This document shows, piece by piece, positions 50,780 to 60,691 of a stretch of DNA of 64,000 bases (positions are counted from its first letter, which is position 1; every line of letters begins with the position of its first letter). The stretch is from Candidatus Bathyarchaeota archaeon (lineage in GTDB: Archaea; Thermoproteota; Bathyarchaeia; Bathyarchaeales; Bathycorpusculaceae): the NCBI GenBank assembly GCA_963707955.1, contig OY970176.1, forward strand, positions 224,001 to 288,000, read 5' to 3'. Both the position numbers and the translations under genes were made by a program. The notes below the pieces were generated by a model. It ran no database searches, was not told the origin of the DNA, and worked only from the letters and a program-made list of their open reading frames with translations.

Positions 50780-52738
50780 ATGCGGTTATACATACTGGCG
50801 TCTCTTGTTATTCTCGGCGTTTTCATGCGCGGAGCTCTGGCTAACCGCAAGAAGAGCGAGGAAAGACTTGCTGCATTAAACTTCTACGGCGGAAAACTGA
50901 ACACGGCCAAGGATGTTCAAGAAGTCTATGAATTAACTGTAGACGCCATGGAGAAAACATTGGGTTTTGAATATGCCGCGTTTATGGTTGCAGAGAGAAG
51001 CACTCTTAAGGTTGTATGCTATCGCGGACGTTCGGAACCACAACTCCGTGAACTTCCGGTCGGCGGGGCAAACGGTGTGACAGTGAGAGCGATGAAGACA
51101 GGCGCACCCATCCTCGTTCCAGACGTGAGTAAAGACAAGGAATATGTTGCTGGCTACCCTGGGATTCGGTCAGAGCTTGCCGTTCCAATCGCTGCAGATG
51201 ACAAGATCCTAGGCGTTCTGAACGTCGAAAGCAGCAAACAAGGAGCATTCAGTGAGAGGGATGCGACTTTGCTTCAGGTCTTGGCTTCGCATGCTGGGAC
51301 AGCGATCACCAACCTCTTAAGGCAGGGGGAAATTGAGAAGCGCAGTGACCAAATGGCTTTGCTGCTGAAGAACTCTGCTGAGATCATTCACTCCGCAAGC
51401 TTGCGGCGACGTCTCCAAACGATCGTTGAGGCAATCAGAGACCTTGGGTGGCGAAGAGTTGTTATCTCCGTCAGAGACGAAAACATGGAGATGAGGAGCC
51501 CCGATGACTTGGTAACCGTGGGCATAACGGACGAAGAGAGAGAACACATGTGGGACAACAGACCGCCAGGTAGCGTCGTTCGTGAAAGTTTTGGGCCAGA
51601 GTATGAGCGTTTCAGAATCGGCGAATTCTACTACTCGCCTTGGAGTGACCCTTGGGTTAGAGAAAGACAGAGAAGCGTCAGCAACCTCGTTGAAAGCCAT
51701 CTCAAACCTGAAGACATGATTGACTGGGACCCACAAGACATGCTATACGCTCCGCTACGATTGGCTGACCGCCGCATCGTAGGTCGACTAGTCATGGATG
51801 ATCCTCTTGATGGGAAGAAACCCACTCTGGAATCTCTGAGACCTCTGGAACTCTTCCTAAGCCAAGCGGCAGTGGCCATCGAAAATGCTCAGCTGATTCA
51901 GCGGTTGAACGATGCCGGGGCCAAACTTGAGGAATACGCAGACCATCTTGAAGCGAAGGTTGAAGATAGGACCCGAGAGTTGAAAGAAGCTCAAAACCGA
52001 CTTCTCAAGTCCGAGAGACTCGCAGCAATCGGTGAACTGGCTGGGATGGTTGGCCATGACCTGCGCAATCCTTTGACTGGCATAACGGGTGCAGCCTATT
52101 ACCTGAAGAACAAAGTGGGTGAGACGACGAATGGCAAGGCAAGAGAGATGCTCGAAATCATCGAGAAAAACATTGCATACTCTAATAAGATCATCAACGA
52201 CCTCCTGGACTATTCAAGAGAAATCAAGCTTGAACTGGTTGAAAGCAGCCCCAAAACGATAGTGGAAGAAGCCTTGTCTCTCGTAAAAATTCCAAGAAAC
52301 GTGAAGGTCTTGGATTTGACGAAGAGCGAGCCGAAGGTAGAAGTTGACGTTGACAAGCTGAAAAGAGCCTTTGTCAATATTATAAAGAACGCTGTGGAAG
52401 CCATGCCGAAGGGGGGGAGACTGGCAATCAAGAGCAAAAGGTCCGCTGTTGACTGCGAAATTGCTTTTTCAGACACGGGAACAGGCATGGCGGATCATAT
52501 GCTGGGAAATTTGTGGTCACCGTTGTACACGACAAAGGCGAAAGGAATGGGCTTCGGCCTGCCCATCTGCAAACGGATCGTGGAAGCACACGGAGGCAAA
52601 ATCGCTGTGGAAACCGCTTTGGCAAAGGGAACAACTTTCACAGTGAGCATTCCCATCAACCAGCCGAAGCTAGAAGAGGTCTGCACGTTCGTACCAGAAT
52701 CTTCGTTGCAGAAGATCACAAACGGGTGCCAAAACTAA
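50780..52738 (+). CDS. GAF-GAF sensor histidine kinase; frame open upstream to 50576 with extra TM segments
   Basis: SELAVPI..GVLNVES GAF, GHDLRNPL H-box, NAVEAM, DTGTG, GMGFGL. Confidence 0.92.
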   Translation: MRLYILASLVILGVFMRGALANRKKSEERLAALNFYGGKLNTAKDVQEVYELTVDAMEKTLGFEYAAFMVAERSTLKVVCYRGRSEPQLRELPVGGANGVTVRAMKTGAPILVPDVSKDKEYVAGYPGIRSELAVPIAADDKILGVLNVESSKQGAFSERDATLLQVLASHAGTAITNLLRQGEIEKRSDQMALLLKNSAEIIHSASLRRRLQTIVEAIRDLGWRRVVISVRDENMEMRSPDDLVTVGITDEEREHMWDNRPPGSVVRESFGPEYERFRIGEFYYSPWSDPWVRERQRSVSNLVESHLKPEDMIDWDPQDMLYAPLRLADRRIVGRLVMDDPLDGKKPTLESLRPLELFLSQAAVAIENAQLIQRLNDAGAKLEEYADHLEAKVEDRTRELKEAQNRLLKSERLAAIGELAGMVGHDLRNPLTGITGAAYYLKNKVGETTNGKAREMLEIIEKNIAYSNKIINDLLDYSREIKLELVESSPKTIVEEALSLVKIPRNVKVLDLTKSEPKVEVDVDKLKRAFVNIIKNAVEAMPKGGRLAIKSKRSAVDCEIAFSDTGTGMADHMLGNLWSPLYTTKAKGMGFGLPICKRIVEAHGGKIAVETALAKGTTFTVSIPINQPKLEEVCTFVPESSLQKITNGCQN

Positions 52739-52960
52739 ATCATATTTGAAGTTCTGGCGGCGTGCTGCCTGTTGGGAAACGATTTTTTTGCCTCGGCTTG
52801 TTCCGGCAATGTTTATTGACAGCTCGCTGATGCTATCTGTCCTGTTTGAACTTCTGGAAGTGGTACCGAGCGACCGCGCAAAGAAGCATCTTCTCGGAAC
52901 AATGCTTCAGTCGAGTGCTTTAGCTCCACATGCCATATAAGTTGCTGGCTGTTCTGACTC

Positions 52961-53488
52961 TTGCCGAGGAATGGTTTGAAGAGCGAAGGAGATTCGTCTT
53001 CAGTTGAACAGTATCGCAGCCGATTAGAGAACGCCGCTAGCTACGGCGAGGTCTGGGAAATCGTTAAGGACACGGTGGAGTTTGCCTTACACAGGCGAAG
53101 AGGCAGCATGATGCTGTTTCTGGACGACTTACCGATTCAGCTCGGCGCCTACCACTCGCTGGGGACCAACAACATCGTTTTGAACAGAGTTCTGGTTCAG
53201 ATCGTGGAAGCAGCAATTGAAAGCAGGAGAGTGGTTAACGCCTTGGTGTACAACTTGTTGCTGCATGAATACTTGCACGCTCTGGGTGAAGTTTCTGAGG
53301 CCGGCGTCAGAGGGTTCGTTATTGAGGTTTGCAGAAAATCTTTCGGTCAAGACTACGTTGCAACCCGCATAGCCGTTAAGAGTCCTTGGGCCCTACTCAG
53401 GGGGATACCTCTTGACAGCGTAAGCGTTCCCAAACGTGTCATGGAAATCGTTAAGGACTTCGAAAAGCCCGACAAGTACATCGTCTAA
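52961..53488 (+). CDS. Hypothetical protein with HExxH metalloprotease motif
   Basis: LLHEYLHALG..E. Confidence 0.7.
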   Translation: MPRNGLKSEGDSSSVEQYRSRLENAASYGEVWEIVKDTVEFALHRRRGSMMLFLDDLPIQLGAYHSLGTNNIVLNRVLVQIVEAAIESRRVVNALVYNLLLHEYLHALGEVSEAGVRGFVIEVCRKSFGQDYVATRIAVKSPWALLRGIPLDSVSVPKRVMEIVKDFEKPDKYIV

Positions 53489-53625
53489 GGCCTGCCTTGT
53501 GGGTTTTTCATACGAGCCAATGCTTCTTGTGCAAACTAGAGTTAGTCCAGATTTGGCGCATCCTTGAGGCGGGATTGGGCGCGAAAAGTGAAAAGGACTT
53601 TAGCATTGTGGTTCTTTGAACGTGG

Positions 53626-54627
53626 CTATTTGGTCTTCTCGAAGTGAATGACGTAGACAAGTTGGTCCTCATCCCATTCAGTATGCGTTTTTTTCCACAG
53701 TTTCTTGAACTGCTCCAGAGTGTATCCGCCTTCTCTCTTCGCGTCTTCTTCGTCAAAGTATTTCAAACGTTTCCTTTCAACTGATGAGATTCGCAGGTCT
53801 GCAACGTGGGGTTCCCATATGGCTGCGCGAACTATTGCGCCTGCCTTGATCTTGGGGTCAGGTACGCCTGTTCTGGAAGTCTGAGTTTTCATTCCCTTGA
53901 GCAGTGGTTCCTTATCGACTGCTTCGAACTGCATCTCGTATGGGGCCTCGGCGACCTCTTGCATGACCTGCTCGACCGGCTTTTCAGGTTCATGGGCCAA
54001 CTTCTCTATGACCTGCGCCTTTTCATTCGCTGGAAGCCTCTTCTCAGCCAGCTTCTTGATCGCTTCCACCCTCTTTCCAGGCTCTTCAACCGCCCGCCCC
54101 ACTCTTACAGCTGTCAAATAATCTATCTTTCCCTCAGGTACCTGCCCAGAAACCGTTGAAGGGGCCACATATTTCTGCGCTTCCTTCGGAATCACTTCAA
54201 TCGTTCGGAGCCAAAGAGAGACGGCGTCGCTGCTGACACCGATCTTCTTGGCTACCGCAGCCTGAGAAGGATATTTTTCGCCACAATTGTCTAGAAGATA
54301 CCTGCAGACCTTTCCTTTTTCGATTGCACTGAGGTCCTCTCTCTGCACGTTCTCGATCAAGTTTAATTGCACAACTTCACCGTCGCTGTACTCTCTAACT
54401 ATGACAGGAATCTTCTCAAGGCCAGCTTGCTGCGAAGCCCTGTAGCGCCTTTCACCAAGGACTACTTCAAACTCGCCGTTCGACGGCCTGACGATAATAG
54501 GCTGAAGCAAGCCGACCTCTCTTATGCTGACAGCAAGCTCGTTGAGGCGCACTATGTTCACTTCCAACCTCGGGTTAAGCTTTGACGGATGAATCTTCTT
54601 GAGCTCGATTTCGACCACAGCGGACAT
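53626..54627 (-). CDS. ParB/Spo0J-like protein fused to a C-terminal ASCH domain
   Basis: NPR, SIREVGLLQPIIVR, GERRYRA, LIENVQREDLSAIE, HTH; C-terminal GMKTQTSR..DAKREG..VYVIHF. Confidence 0.85.
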   Translation of the reverse strand: MSAVVEIELKKIHPSKLNPRLEVNIVRLNELAVSIREVGLLQPIIVRPSNGEFEVVLGERRYRASQQAGLEKIPVIVREYSDGEVVQLNLIENVQREDLSAIEKGKVCRYLLDNCGEKYPSQAAVAKKIGVSSDAVSLWLRTIEVIPKEAQKYVAPSTVSGQVPEGKIDYLTAVRVGRAVEEPGKRVEAIKKLAEKRLPANEKAQVIEKLAHEPEKPVEQVMQEVAEAPYEMQFEAVDKEPLLKGMKTQTSRTGVPDPKIKAGAIVRAAIWEPHVADLRISSVERKRLKYFDEEDAKREGGYTLEQFKKLWKKTHTEWDEDQLVYVIHFEKTK

Positions 54628-54718
54628 GAGTCCCAGCTCCTAAGTTTCGTGTTTATTGCAGTTGATTTCACTATTTAAGAAGTTGCAGTGACTGTTCGGT
54701 TCTGCATAGTGGGGAGTT

Positions 54719-55273
54719 TTACAGACCTATCTGCGAAGCTGATTTTTTCAGCCCGTTCAATGATATGCCGAAAAACTTCTCCCTGGGGATCCCTATCTGC
54801 TCGCAGAAGAGTATCCTCTCCCTGTCCGCGCCTCTTGCAAAGTCCTTTTCCCTGAACTTCTTGGCGACCGATTCGACCCTAACGTCTGCCAGTTTTTTCG
54901 AAGGCATGACTAGAGCGCAGGCAATAAGCAGACCTGAAACAGCGTCAGCAGCGATCAAGGCTTTCTCCATTTTTGTTTCAGGCTTAACGGCCGTGTGCTC
55001 AAAGTTATGAGCCTTGACCGCTCTTATCACATCTTCACTCACGGACTCTTTCAACATGTCCTCAGCCAAAAGACTGTGACGCTGGGGTGTCGCCTCAGTT
55101 CTTTCGTAGTCAACATCGTGAAGCAAGCCTGTTAGCCCCCACTTTTCCTCGTCTTCTGCGAGGTACGTGGCCAATTCTCTCATTATAGCTTCAACGGCGA
55201 TCATGTGATAAAGGACGTTCTTCTTCAAGACGTGGCTCTTCACCAACTCGAGAGCTTGTTCGCGCGTCAACAT
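54719..55273 (-). CDS. HD-domain phosphohydrolase
   Basis: HMIAVE, GLLHDVDY, H..AH, AADAVSGL. Confidence 0.88.
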   Translation of the reverse strand: MLTREQALELVKSHVLKKNVLYHMIAVEAIMRELATYLAEDEEKWGLTGLLHDVDYERTEATPQRHSLLAEDMLKESVSEDVIRAVKAHNFEHTAVKPETKMEKALIAADAVSGLLIACALVMPSKKLADVRVESVAKKFREKDFARGADRERILFCEQIGIPREKFFGISLNGLKKSASQIGL

Positions 55274-55422
55274 AGGCTCCACCTGCACCTATGTACAAGC
55301 GAATAGGATTTAATGCTTGAGATACAAGGTTCTCTTTCCACCCGGGAAGAAACTGGCGGTGCCCTTCTAGAAATTGGCAAACTATATAATGGTGCTGAGT
55401 GCCCTCTTGCTTTCGTTGATGG

Positions 55423-56517
55423 GTGCGAAGGTTTTTGTCTGCACCGAAGTATAAGGTTACTTGGAAAACTCTGCTACTGCTGATCATTGGACTAGTCGCC
55501 TTCTTCGTTTACATCTACGTTTTCAACGTTGACCTCCAAGAGATCATCGCAAAGGTCCAGCAGACCAACCCCTACTACTACACTCTAGCGGCAATAGCCT
55601 CAGTTCTCGACATAGTCTTTTTCACTCTGGCTTGGCACTCCCTGCTCAGGTTCCTTTCAGTGAAGCTTTCAGTCTTCAAGTCATTCGCCTTCGTTTGGGC
55701 AGGGATATTCGTTGACACGCTGATCCCTGCAGAGTCCGTCAGCGGGGAAATCACGAAGATCTACTTGGTGAACAGGGAGCAAAACGGAGCGGCAGGGAAA
55801 GCAACGGCCTCTGTTGTTGCGCACAGGCTTATTGGAATGGGAATAAACATCGCAGTTTTGCTGGTAGGTGCGGGCCTCTTGCTGTTTGAGAGCCAGCTTT
55901 ACGGAATTGTGCTGGGCCTCCTACTCTTTCTCATCACTGCGATTTCCATTTTGTTCATTCTAGTTCTTCTGCTATGCTTCAGAGAAAAGTGGACTTACCG
56001 TATCGTTGACGGCGTGATCGGGTTTGCAGAGCGTATAAGCAGGGGGCATTGGAGATTGAAGAAGTTACGGGGACAAGTTGTTGAAATTCACAGGTCTTTT
56101 CACGTCGCAATCAAAGAATACGTGCATGCTCCAAGAACGCTGTTCATCGCCTCTCTTTTCACGGTGATTGCGTGGGTCCTGTCTATGTCAGTGTTGTATC
56201 TCACGTTCGTGTCCATGGGATATCCTCAAATAAGCTGGAGTGCCATACTAGTGATCTCCGCCATCTTCGTAGCTGTAAAGTCTGTTCCGACAGGGGTTCC
56301 GTTTGGAGTAGGCCTGCCAGAAATAGCCTTGACAACCCTGCTTGTCTTTTTCGGGGTTCCTTGGACGATAAGCGCAACTGCCACGATTTTGATGCGTTTG
56401 TTGACGTCGTGGCTGAGGTTTTTCATAGGTTTTGGGGCACAGCAGTGGATAGGCGCGAAAGCTGTCATCACAAGGCAGAACATTGAAACTGGCCCTGCAC
56501 CAGACTGCAAAAGCTAA
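55423..56517 (+). CDS. UPF0104 / lysylphosphatidylglycerol synthase TM (flippase-like) protein
   Basis: PAESVSGE..K, P.G.G.PE, R..TSW; ~8 TM. Confidence 0.82.
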   Translation: MRRFLSAPKYKVTWKTLLLLIIGLVAFFVYIYVFNVDLQEIIAKVQQTNPYYYTLAAIASVLDIVFFTLAWHSLLRFLSVKLSVFKSFAFVWAGIFVDTLIPAESVSGEITKIYLVNREQNGAAGKATASVVAHRLIGMGINIAVLLVGAGLLLFESQLYGIVLGLLLFLITAISILFILVLLLCFREKWTYRIVDGVIGFAERISRGHWRLKKLRGQVVEIHRSFHVAIKEYVHAPRTLFIASLFTVIAWVLSMSVLYLTFVSMGYPQISWSAILVISAIFVAVKSVPTGVPFGVGLPEIALTTLLVFFGVPWTISATATILMRLLTSWLRFFIGFGAQQWIGAKAVITRQNIETGPAPDCKS

Positions 56518-56553
56518 ATTCAACCTTGGAATATTCTTGAAAGATGTTAGACC

Positions 56554-57006
56554 ATGACAGCGGTAATAGAAGACGCTCTGGTTAGACACCTCGACAGACT
56601 CTGTGAAATCGAAACCGAATGCTTCAGAGATGAGGCCTTCACCAAGGAGCAGATCCTTCAGCTGCTCAAGGAATACAACTGTGTGAACTTGGTCGCCAGA
56701 GTGGATGGAATAATCGCAGGTTTCGTCATAGGCCTGATGTACGTTGACAGGAAAGCTCTGTACGCACACATACTAACCATAGACGTGTCGCCAGCTCACC
56801 GTCGAAGGGGGATCGGCCGGTTGCTCCTTCAAGAAATAGAGCGAATCTTTAAGGAGAAAGGCGTCAAAGCGTCTCACCTTGAAGTGAGGGAAGACAACGT
56901 CGCGGCTATCAACCTTTACAGAAAGTTGGGCTACGAGAAGATCGGTAAACTCAGGAACTATTATGGCAAGGCGAACGGCATATACTTTAAGAAGGTTTTA
57001 GCCTAG
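56554..57006 (+). CDS. rimI: RimI/Ard1-like N-acetyltransferase
   Basis: HILTIDVSPAHRRRGIG, LEVREDN..AINLYRKLGY, NYY. Confidence 0.85.
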   Translation: MTAVIEDALVRHLDRLCEIETECFRDEAFTKEQILQLLKEYNCVNLVARVDGIIAGFVIGLMYVDRKALYAHILTIDVSPAHRRRGIGRLLLQEIERIFKEKGVKASHLEVREDNVAAINLYRKLGYEKIGKLRNYYGKANGIYFKKVLA

Positions 57007-57420
57007 TTTTAGGAGTTTCAGCTTCGTTTTTTCATCATACCTTCTCCGCAAGTGGACGCTGGCGGCTTCGACTACGACCAGTTCTGCTGTCGGGCCAACG
57101 CGACAACCTTTCATCAAGTGGCCGCCATAGGTTTCACCGTTTTCGTTTGAAACAACGATGTGCGCGTGGACTATTGTTTCGCCTTTTTCATCAACAGCCA
57201 GATTACCCATGCACGAAGCCACTTCCAGAGGGCCATTCAACTTTGTAGTTACGTACTCTCCTTCCTTGTAACATCCGAGCACCGCGCACTTCAAGGCTCC
57301 GATAAGCATGAATATTCCGGCCTTTACGCCACTCTCATCTGCATTTTTCTTAATGGATTCAGCCACATCGTCATCTTCTTGCAGGCGCGAGAAGAAGAGC
57401 TTTCCACAATGTCCTTCCAA
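56998..57420 (-). CDS. PPC (DUF296) domain protein
   Basis: IGAL, EVASCMGN, HAHIV, GGHL, TAEL. Confidence 0.88.
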   Translation of the reverse strand: MEGHCGKLFFSRLQEDDDVAESIKKNADESGVKAGIFMLIGALKCAVLGCYKEGEYVTTKLNGPLEVASCMGNLAVDEKGETIVHAHIVVSNENGETYGGHLMKGCRVGPTAELVVVEAASVHLRRRYDEKTKLKLLKLG

Positions 57421-57505
57421 GAGACAACCGCCCTCTCATTCTGAGTACTATGAGTGCCCTTTGGATTCTGAAACACAAACCCTAAAAGCGTTTCGTCGGT
57501 ATATC

Positions 57506-57790
57506 ATGAAAGCGTCGTGGAAAACTTTGACTGCAAAAGAAAACGGTGATGGGCAGAACATTGTCCAGGCAATAGTGATCCTCATTCGGAACACGACTTG
57601 GAGATGCGGAAAGCTTGAGCGACTGATAGTAAAGAATCTCTGCAGGAGGAGTGCAGGTTTGGGAAAATCTGGAATGCCCATCAGAGAGATGATTCAGAGC
57701 TTCAAGTTGACTGGAAAGAAAAAGAGCGAGTTCTTGGACGCTTTGAAGAGGCTAGAGAGAAGGAATATAATAAGAATCTCGATCGTTTAG
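57506..57790 (+). CDS. Small basic hypothetical protein (winged-helix-like)
   Basis: EFLDALKRLERRNIIRI C-terminus. Confidence 0.55.
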   Translation: MKASWKTLTAKENGDGQNIVQAIVILIRNTTWRCGKLERLIVKNLCRRSAGLGKSGMPIREMIQSFKLTGKKKSEFLDALKRLERRNIIRISIV

Positions 57791-57817
57791 TTTCCTGAGA
57801 CGCTTGCTCAACGCTTC

Positions 57818-58324
57818 TCAGGACTTTTTTAGGATTTCTTTGGCGTTTTCGATCCATTTTCCGGTGAAATAGGGCGCTATCTTCAGTTTTGCGGCCAAGT
57901 CTTCTGCTGAAGCTTTTGACAAATCCTCGACTGTCTTTATGCCTATGGCATTCAGTTGCTGTGCGCGTTTCTCCTTGATTCCTTTGACTTCTAGGAGTCC
58001 TATAGGCGGCGGTTTGACTTCTGCCACTGGTATGGCTTGAACAATTGGTTCAGGCTTTGCTTCCTCTGGTTTCTTCTCTTCCACGACTTCTGTGACCTTT
58101 GGCGCCGGCACTGATACTGCGAGGGGTGGAGGTGGAGCAACCGCCATTTGCGTGGTTACTGTCTGTTTCGGTCTCTGCGTGTAGCCCAACCCGATGAAGA
58201 CAAGTCCGAAGACGACGGGTGTTACTGTCCACAATGGCTGTGTGGTAATGTAGACCGCCGCCGAAACACCGGAGATGATGAAGCATATTACTGCAACCGC
58301 GTATAATGCATAGTCTGAGCGCAT
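57818..58324 (-). CDS. Membrane-anchored helix-hairpin-helix protein (DUF4332-like)
   Basis: 2 N-terminal TM, Pro-rich linker, VKGIKEKRAQQL..IGIKTVEDL. Confidence 0.75.
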   Translation of the reverse strand: MRSDYALYAVAVICFIISGVSAAVYITTQPLWTVTPVVFGLVFIGLGYTQRPKQTVTTQMAVAPPPPLAVSVPAPKVTEVVEEKKPEEAKPEPIVQAIPVAEVKPPPIGLLEVKGIKEKRAQQLNAIGIKTVEDLSKASAEDLAAKLKIAPYFTGKWIENAKEILKKS

Positions 58325-58437
58325 GTAGTTTTCTCCAGCTATCTATCTTCTATGGAAGTGTTTAAATAATTTTCTACATTCGTCGTGCAAAAAAGGAAGA
58401 ATTTAGGCTTGTTTATGATTATTTTTCGTTTGCAGGT

Positions 58438-59823
58438 TTACTTGCCTAGCAACTTGTCTTCCGGCGGCATAGGCTTGATTAGGCCCTGCTTCATGAGCGC
58501 TCTGAGCGATTCGCGAGCATTCTGGATTATCGCAACAGCTCTGTCGTAGAGCTCTTTCCTGCTCGGTTTTATTCTTGCCACTCCCTCGTCTATGGATTTC
58601 AGCGCGCAGGCCACTGCTTCGCGTGGGAAGACTTCCCACTCCTCCATCCTTGGAAGAATATCTTTTTCATGCATTCCGCGTTCTTCAGCGAACTTGGCAA
58701 GCTCTTGGGCCGCGGCGATGCACATGTCATCCGTGACGGTTCTTGCCCTGACATCAAGCACGCCTCGGAATATCCCTGGAAATCCTAGGCTGTTGTTGAC
58801 TTGGTTAGGAAAGTCGCTTCTTCCTGTTGCCACGATTCGAGCTCCCCCCTCTTCAGCTTCCCAGGGCCATATTTCGGGTATCGGGTTTGCGCACGCGAAG
58901 ACTACCGAATTGTCAGCCATGGTCTTTATCCACTCTTTCCTAATCGTGCCGGGCCCAGGTTTTGACGCGGCCACAACGGCATCAGCACCCTTGAAGGCTT
59001 CCTCTATGCTGCCTGTCCTATGCTCCGCGTTTGTCTTCTGCGCCAACTCGTACTTCCACGGGTCTTCACTCTTGACCAAGTCTTTCCTGCCCGGGTACAC
59101 TAGACCTTTCGTGTCGACGAACATGATGTTTCCAGGCTTTATCCCCCACCTTATCAGAACGAATGCGGTCCGCAAGTTCGCCGAACCCGCACCTACCAGA
59201 GTTATCAACGTCTTCTTCGGATCCTTGCCCACAATCTTGAAGGCGTTCATCAGGCCTGCCAGGATTACCGTCGCCGTTCCCTGCTGGTCGTCATGCCAAA
59301 CGGGGATTTGCAGCCGTTCTCTTGCCTTCTCAAGAACGTGGAAACACTTCGGCTTCTCTATGTCTTCTAGGTTTATGCCGCCAAACGTCGGTTCAATAAG
59401 CTCACATGTTCTGATTATTTCCTCAGGGTTCTTCGTCCTGAGACAGATCGGAAAGGCGTCCACCCCGCCTAAGTACTTGAAAAGCAGGGCTTTTCCTTCC
59501 ATCACCGGCAATCCAGCTTCTGGACCTATGTCGCCCAGTCCTAGCACCCGGGTTCCATCCGACACGATGGCCGTGTAGTTCCAACGGTTCGTGAGCTCGA
59601 AAGACTTGTCTCGGTCTGCTTGGATCTCTCTGCATACAGCGGCCACGCCCGGCGTGTACCATATGGCAAAATCGTTCGGGCTTTCGACGGCGCATTTGGG
59701 CATTATCTGGACTTTCCCTTCGTAGAACCTGTGCAGTGGCGGAGCTAGCATTGAAGGTTTTTTCGCCTTTGCCAACAGTTCTTCCACTGTTGGTTTGACT
59801 TCTTTGCCTTTTGGTTTAGACAT
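58438..59823 (-). CDS. NAD(P)-dependent malic enzyme
   Basis: YTPGVA, SDGTRVLGLGDIGP, PVMEGKA, INLEDI, HDDQQGT, ANP.PEI, TGRSDFPNQVNN. Confidence 0.95.
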   Translation of the reverse strand: MSKPKGKEVKPTVEELLAKAKKPSMLAPPLHRFYEGKVQIMPKCAVESPNDFAIWYTPGVAAVCREIQADRDKSFELTNRWNYTAIVSDGTRVLGLGDIGPEAGLPVMEGKALLFKYLGGVDAFPICLRTKNPEEIIRTCELIEPTFGGINLEDIEKPKCFHVLEKARERLQIPVWHDDQQGTATVILAGLMNAFKIVGKDPKKTLITLVGAGSANLRTAFVLIRWGIKPGNIMFVDTKGLVYPGRKDLVKSEDPWKYELAQKTNAEHRTGSIEEAFKGADAVVAASKPGPGTIRKEWIKTMADNSVVFACANPIPEIWPWEAEEGGARIVATGRSDFPNQVNNSLGFPGIFRGVLDVRARTVTDDMCIAAAQELAKFAEERGMHEKDILPRMEEWEVFPREAVACALKSIDEGVARIKPSRKELYDRAVAIIQNARESLRALMKQGLIKPMPPEDKLLGK

Positions 59824-60076
59824 CTCTACCTTCTCCTCTGATGGAAAGCTGTTGTCTTCGTGCAAAAGCTTTAAAGATTGTGGTTGACTTGACCAGAAGC
59901 TACATAGAAGGATTCATAGTCTTCACTAATTTGGCGAGGAGAGTCTGTTTTTTCGCTTTTGGACCGACTCTAAAAATATTCTGTCTGAGTCACAAACTCT
60001 TTTTCGGCCGCGAACATGTCCCCTTGCTCTTTTGGTAAAAGAAAATGGTGGAGGGTGTCTAAATCGTGGGTCCCGT

Positions 60077-60574
60077 CTAGTAGCGTCTTTGTCGGTAGCC
60101 GCCTCTTCTGTCTCGTCCGCCGAAATCGCGTCTGCCGCCGCCGAAGTCTCCTCTGTCGCCTCCTCTGAACGGCCTTCTCGGCTGTTCGTACACTTGGGTG
60201 GACATGTTGTTTTCAGTGTTCACTTCACCCGCAATTGGTTGCTCCGCAATTTCCAGTGTGCCGTATCTTCCGACGTTCAGACGCATGTTGCCCCTGAACA
60301 GGTTTATGTAACCGTTCTTGACGTTTATCGTGTCTCCTTCTTTCACTTTCTCAATGTTGTCGTCCCAGAGTGTTACGTAAATGCATCCTGTCTCGTCTCC
60401 GACCATTGCGTCGCTCACTTTGTGCGGCTCTCCGTCTCTTCCGGCGGCAACGTTTCTGACTTCGCTCTTAGATAAGACCTTTGCCAGAACGTTAACGGCT
60501 CTGGAAGAGGGGTTTAATTCGCCCACTTTCGCGTCTACGGGTTGTCTAGCTCCAGTAAAACCTTCAACTGCCAA
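60077..60574 (-). CDS. ssb: Single OB-fold ssDNA-binding protein with RGG-rich tail
   Basis: VGDETGCIYVTLWD, G.INLFRG.MRLNVGRYG, Gly/Arg tail. Confidence 0.9.
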   Translation of the reverse strand: MAVEGFTGARQPVDAKVGELNPSSRAVNVLAKVLSKSEVRNVAAGRDGEPHKVSDAMVGDETGCIYVTLWDDNIEKVKEGDTINVKNGYINLFRGNMRLNVGRYGTLEIAEQPIAGEVNTENNMSTQVYEQPRRPFRGGDRGDFGGGRRDFGGRDRRGGYRQRRY

Positions 60575-60691
60575 GCTTTTTCAACGTCCTATTTTTTCAA
60601 CGATTCAACCATAACAAAATAACCACACTTAAGCCTTTTGGTGCGTACTTTTTTTAGCTAAGTACCTACCTTTTCTGGTTCCCAGCCGCGG

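Noticed and set aside
58592-59578. 328-aa plus-strand ORF (and similar long antisense ORFs at 5838, 13245, 18544, 34013, 47009)
   Set aside because: These are antisense shadows of well-conserved genes with no recognisable motifs.
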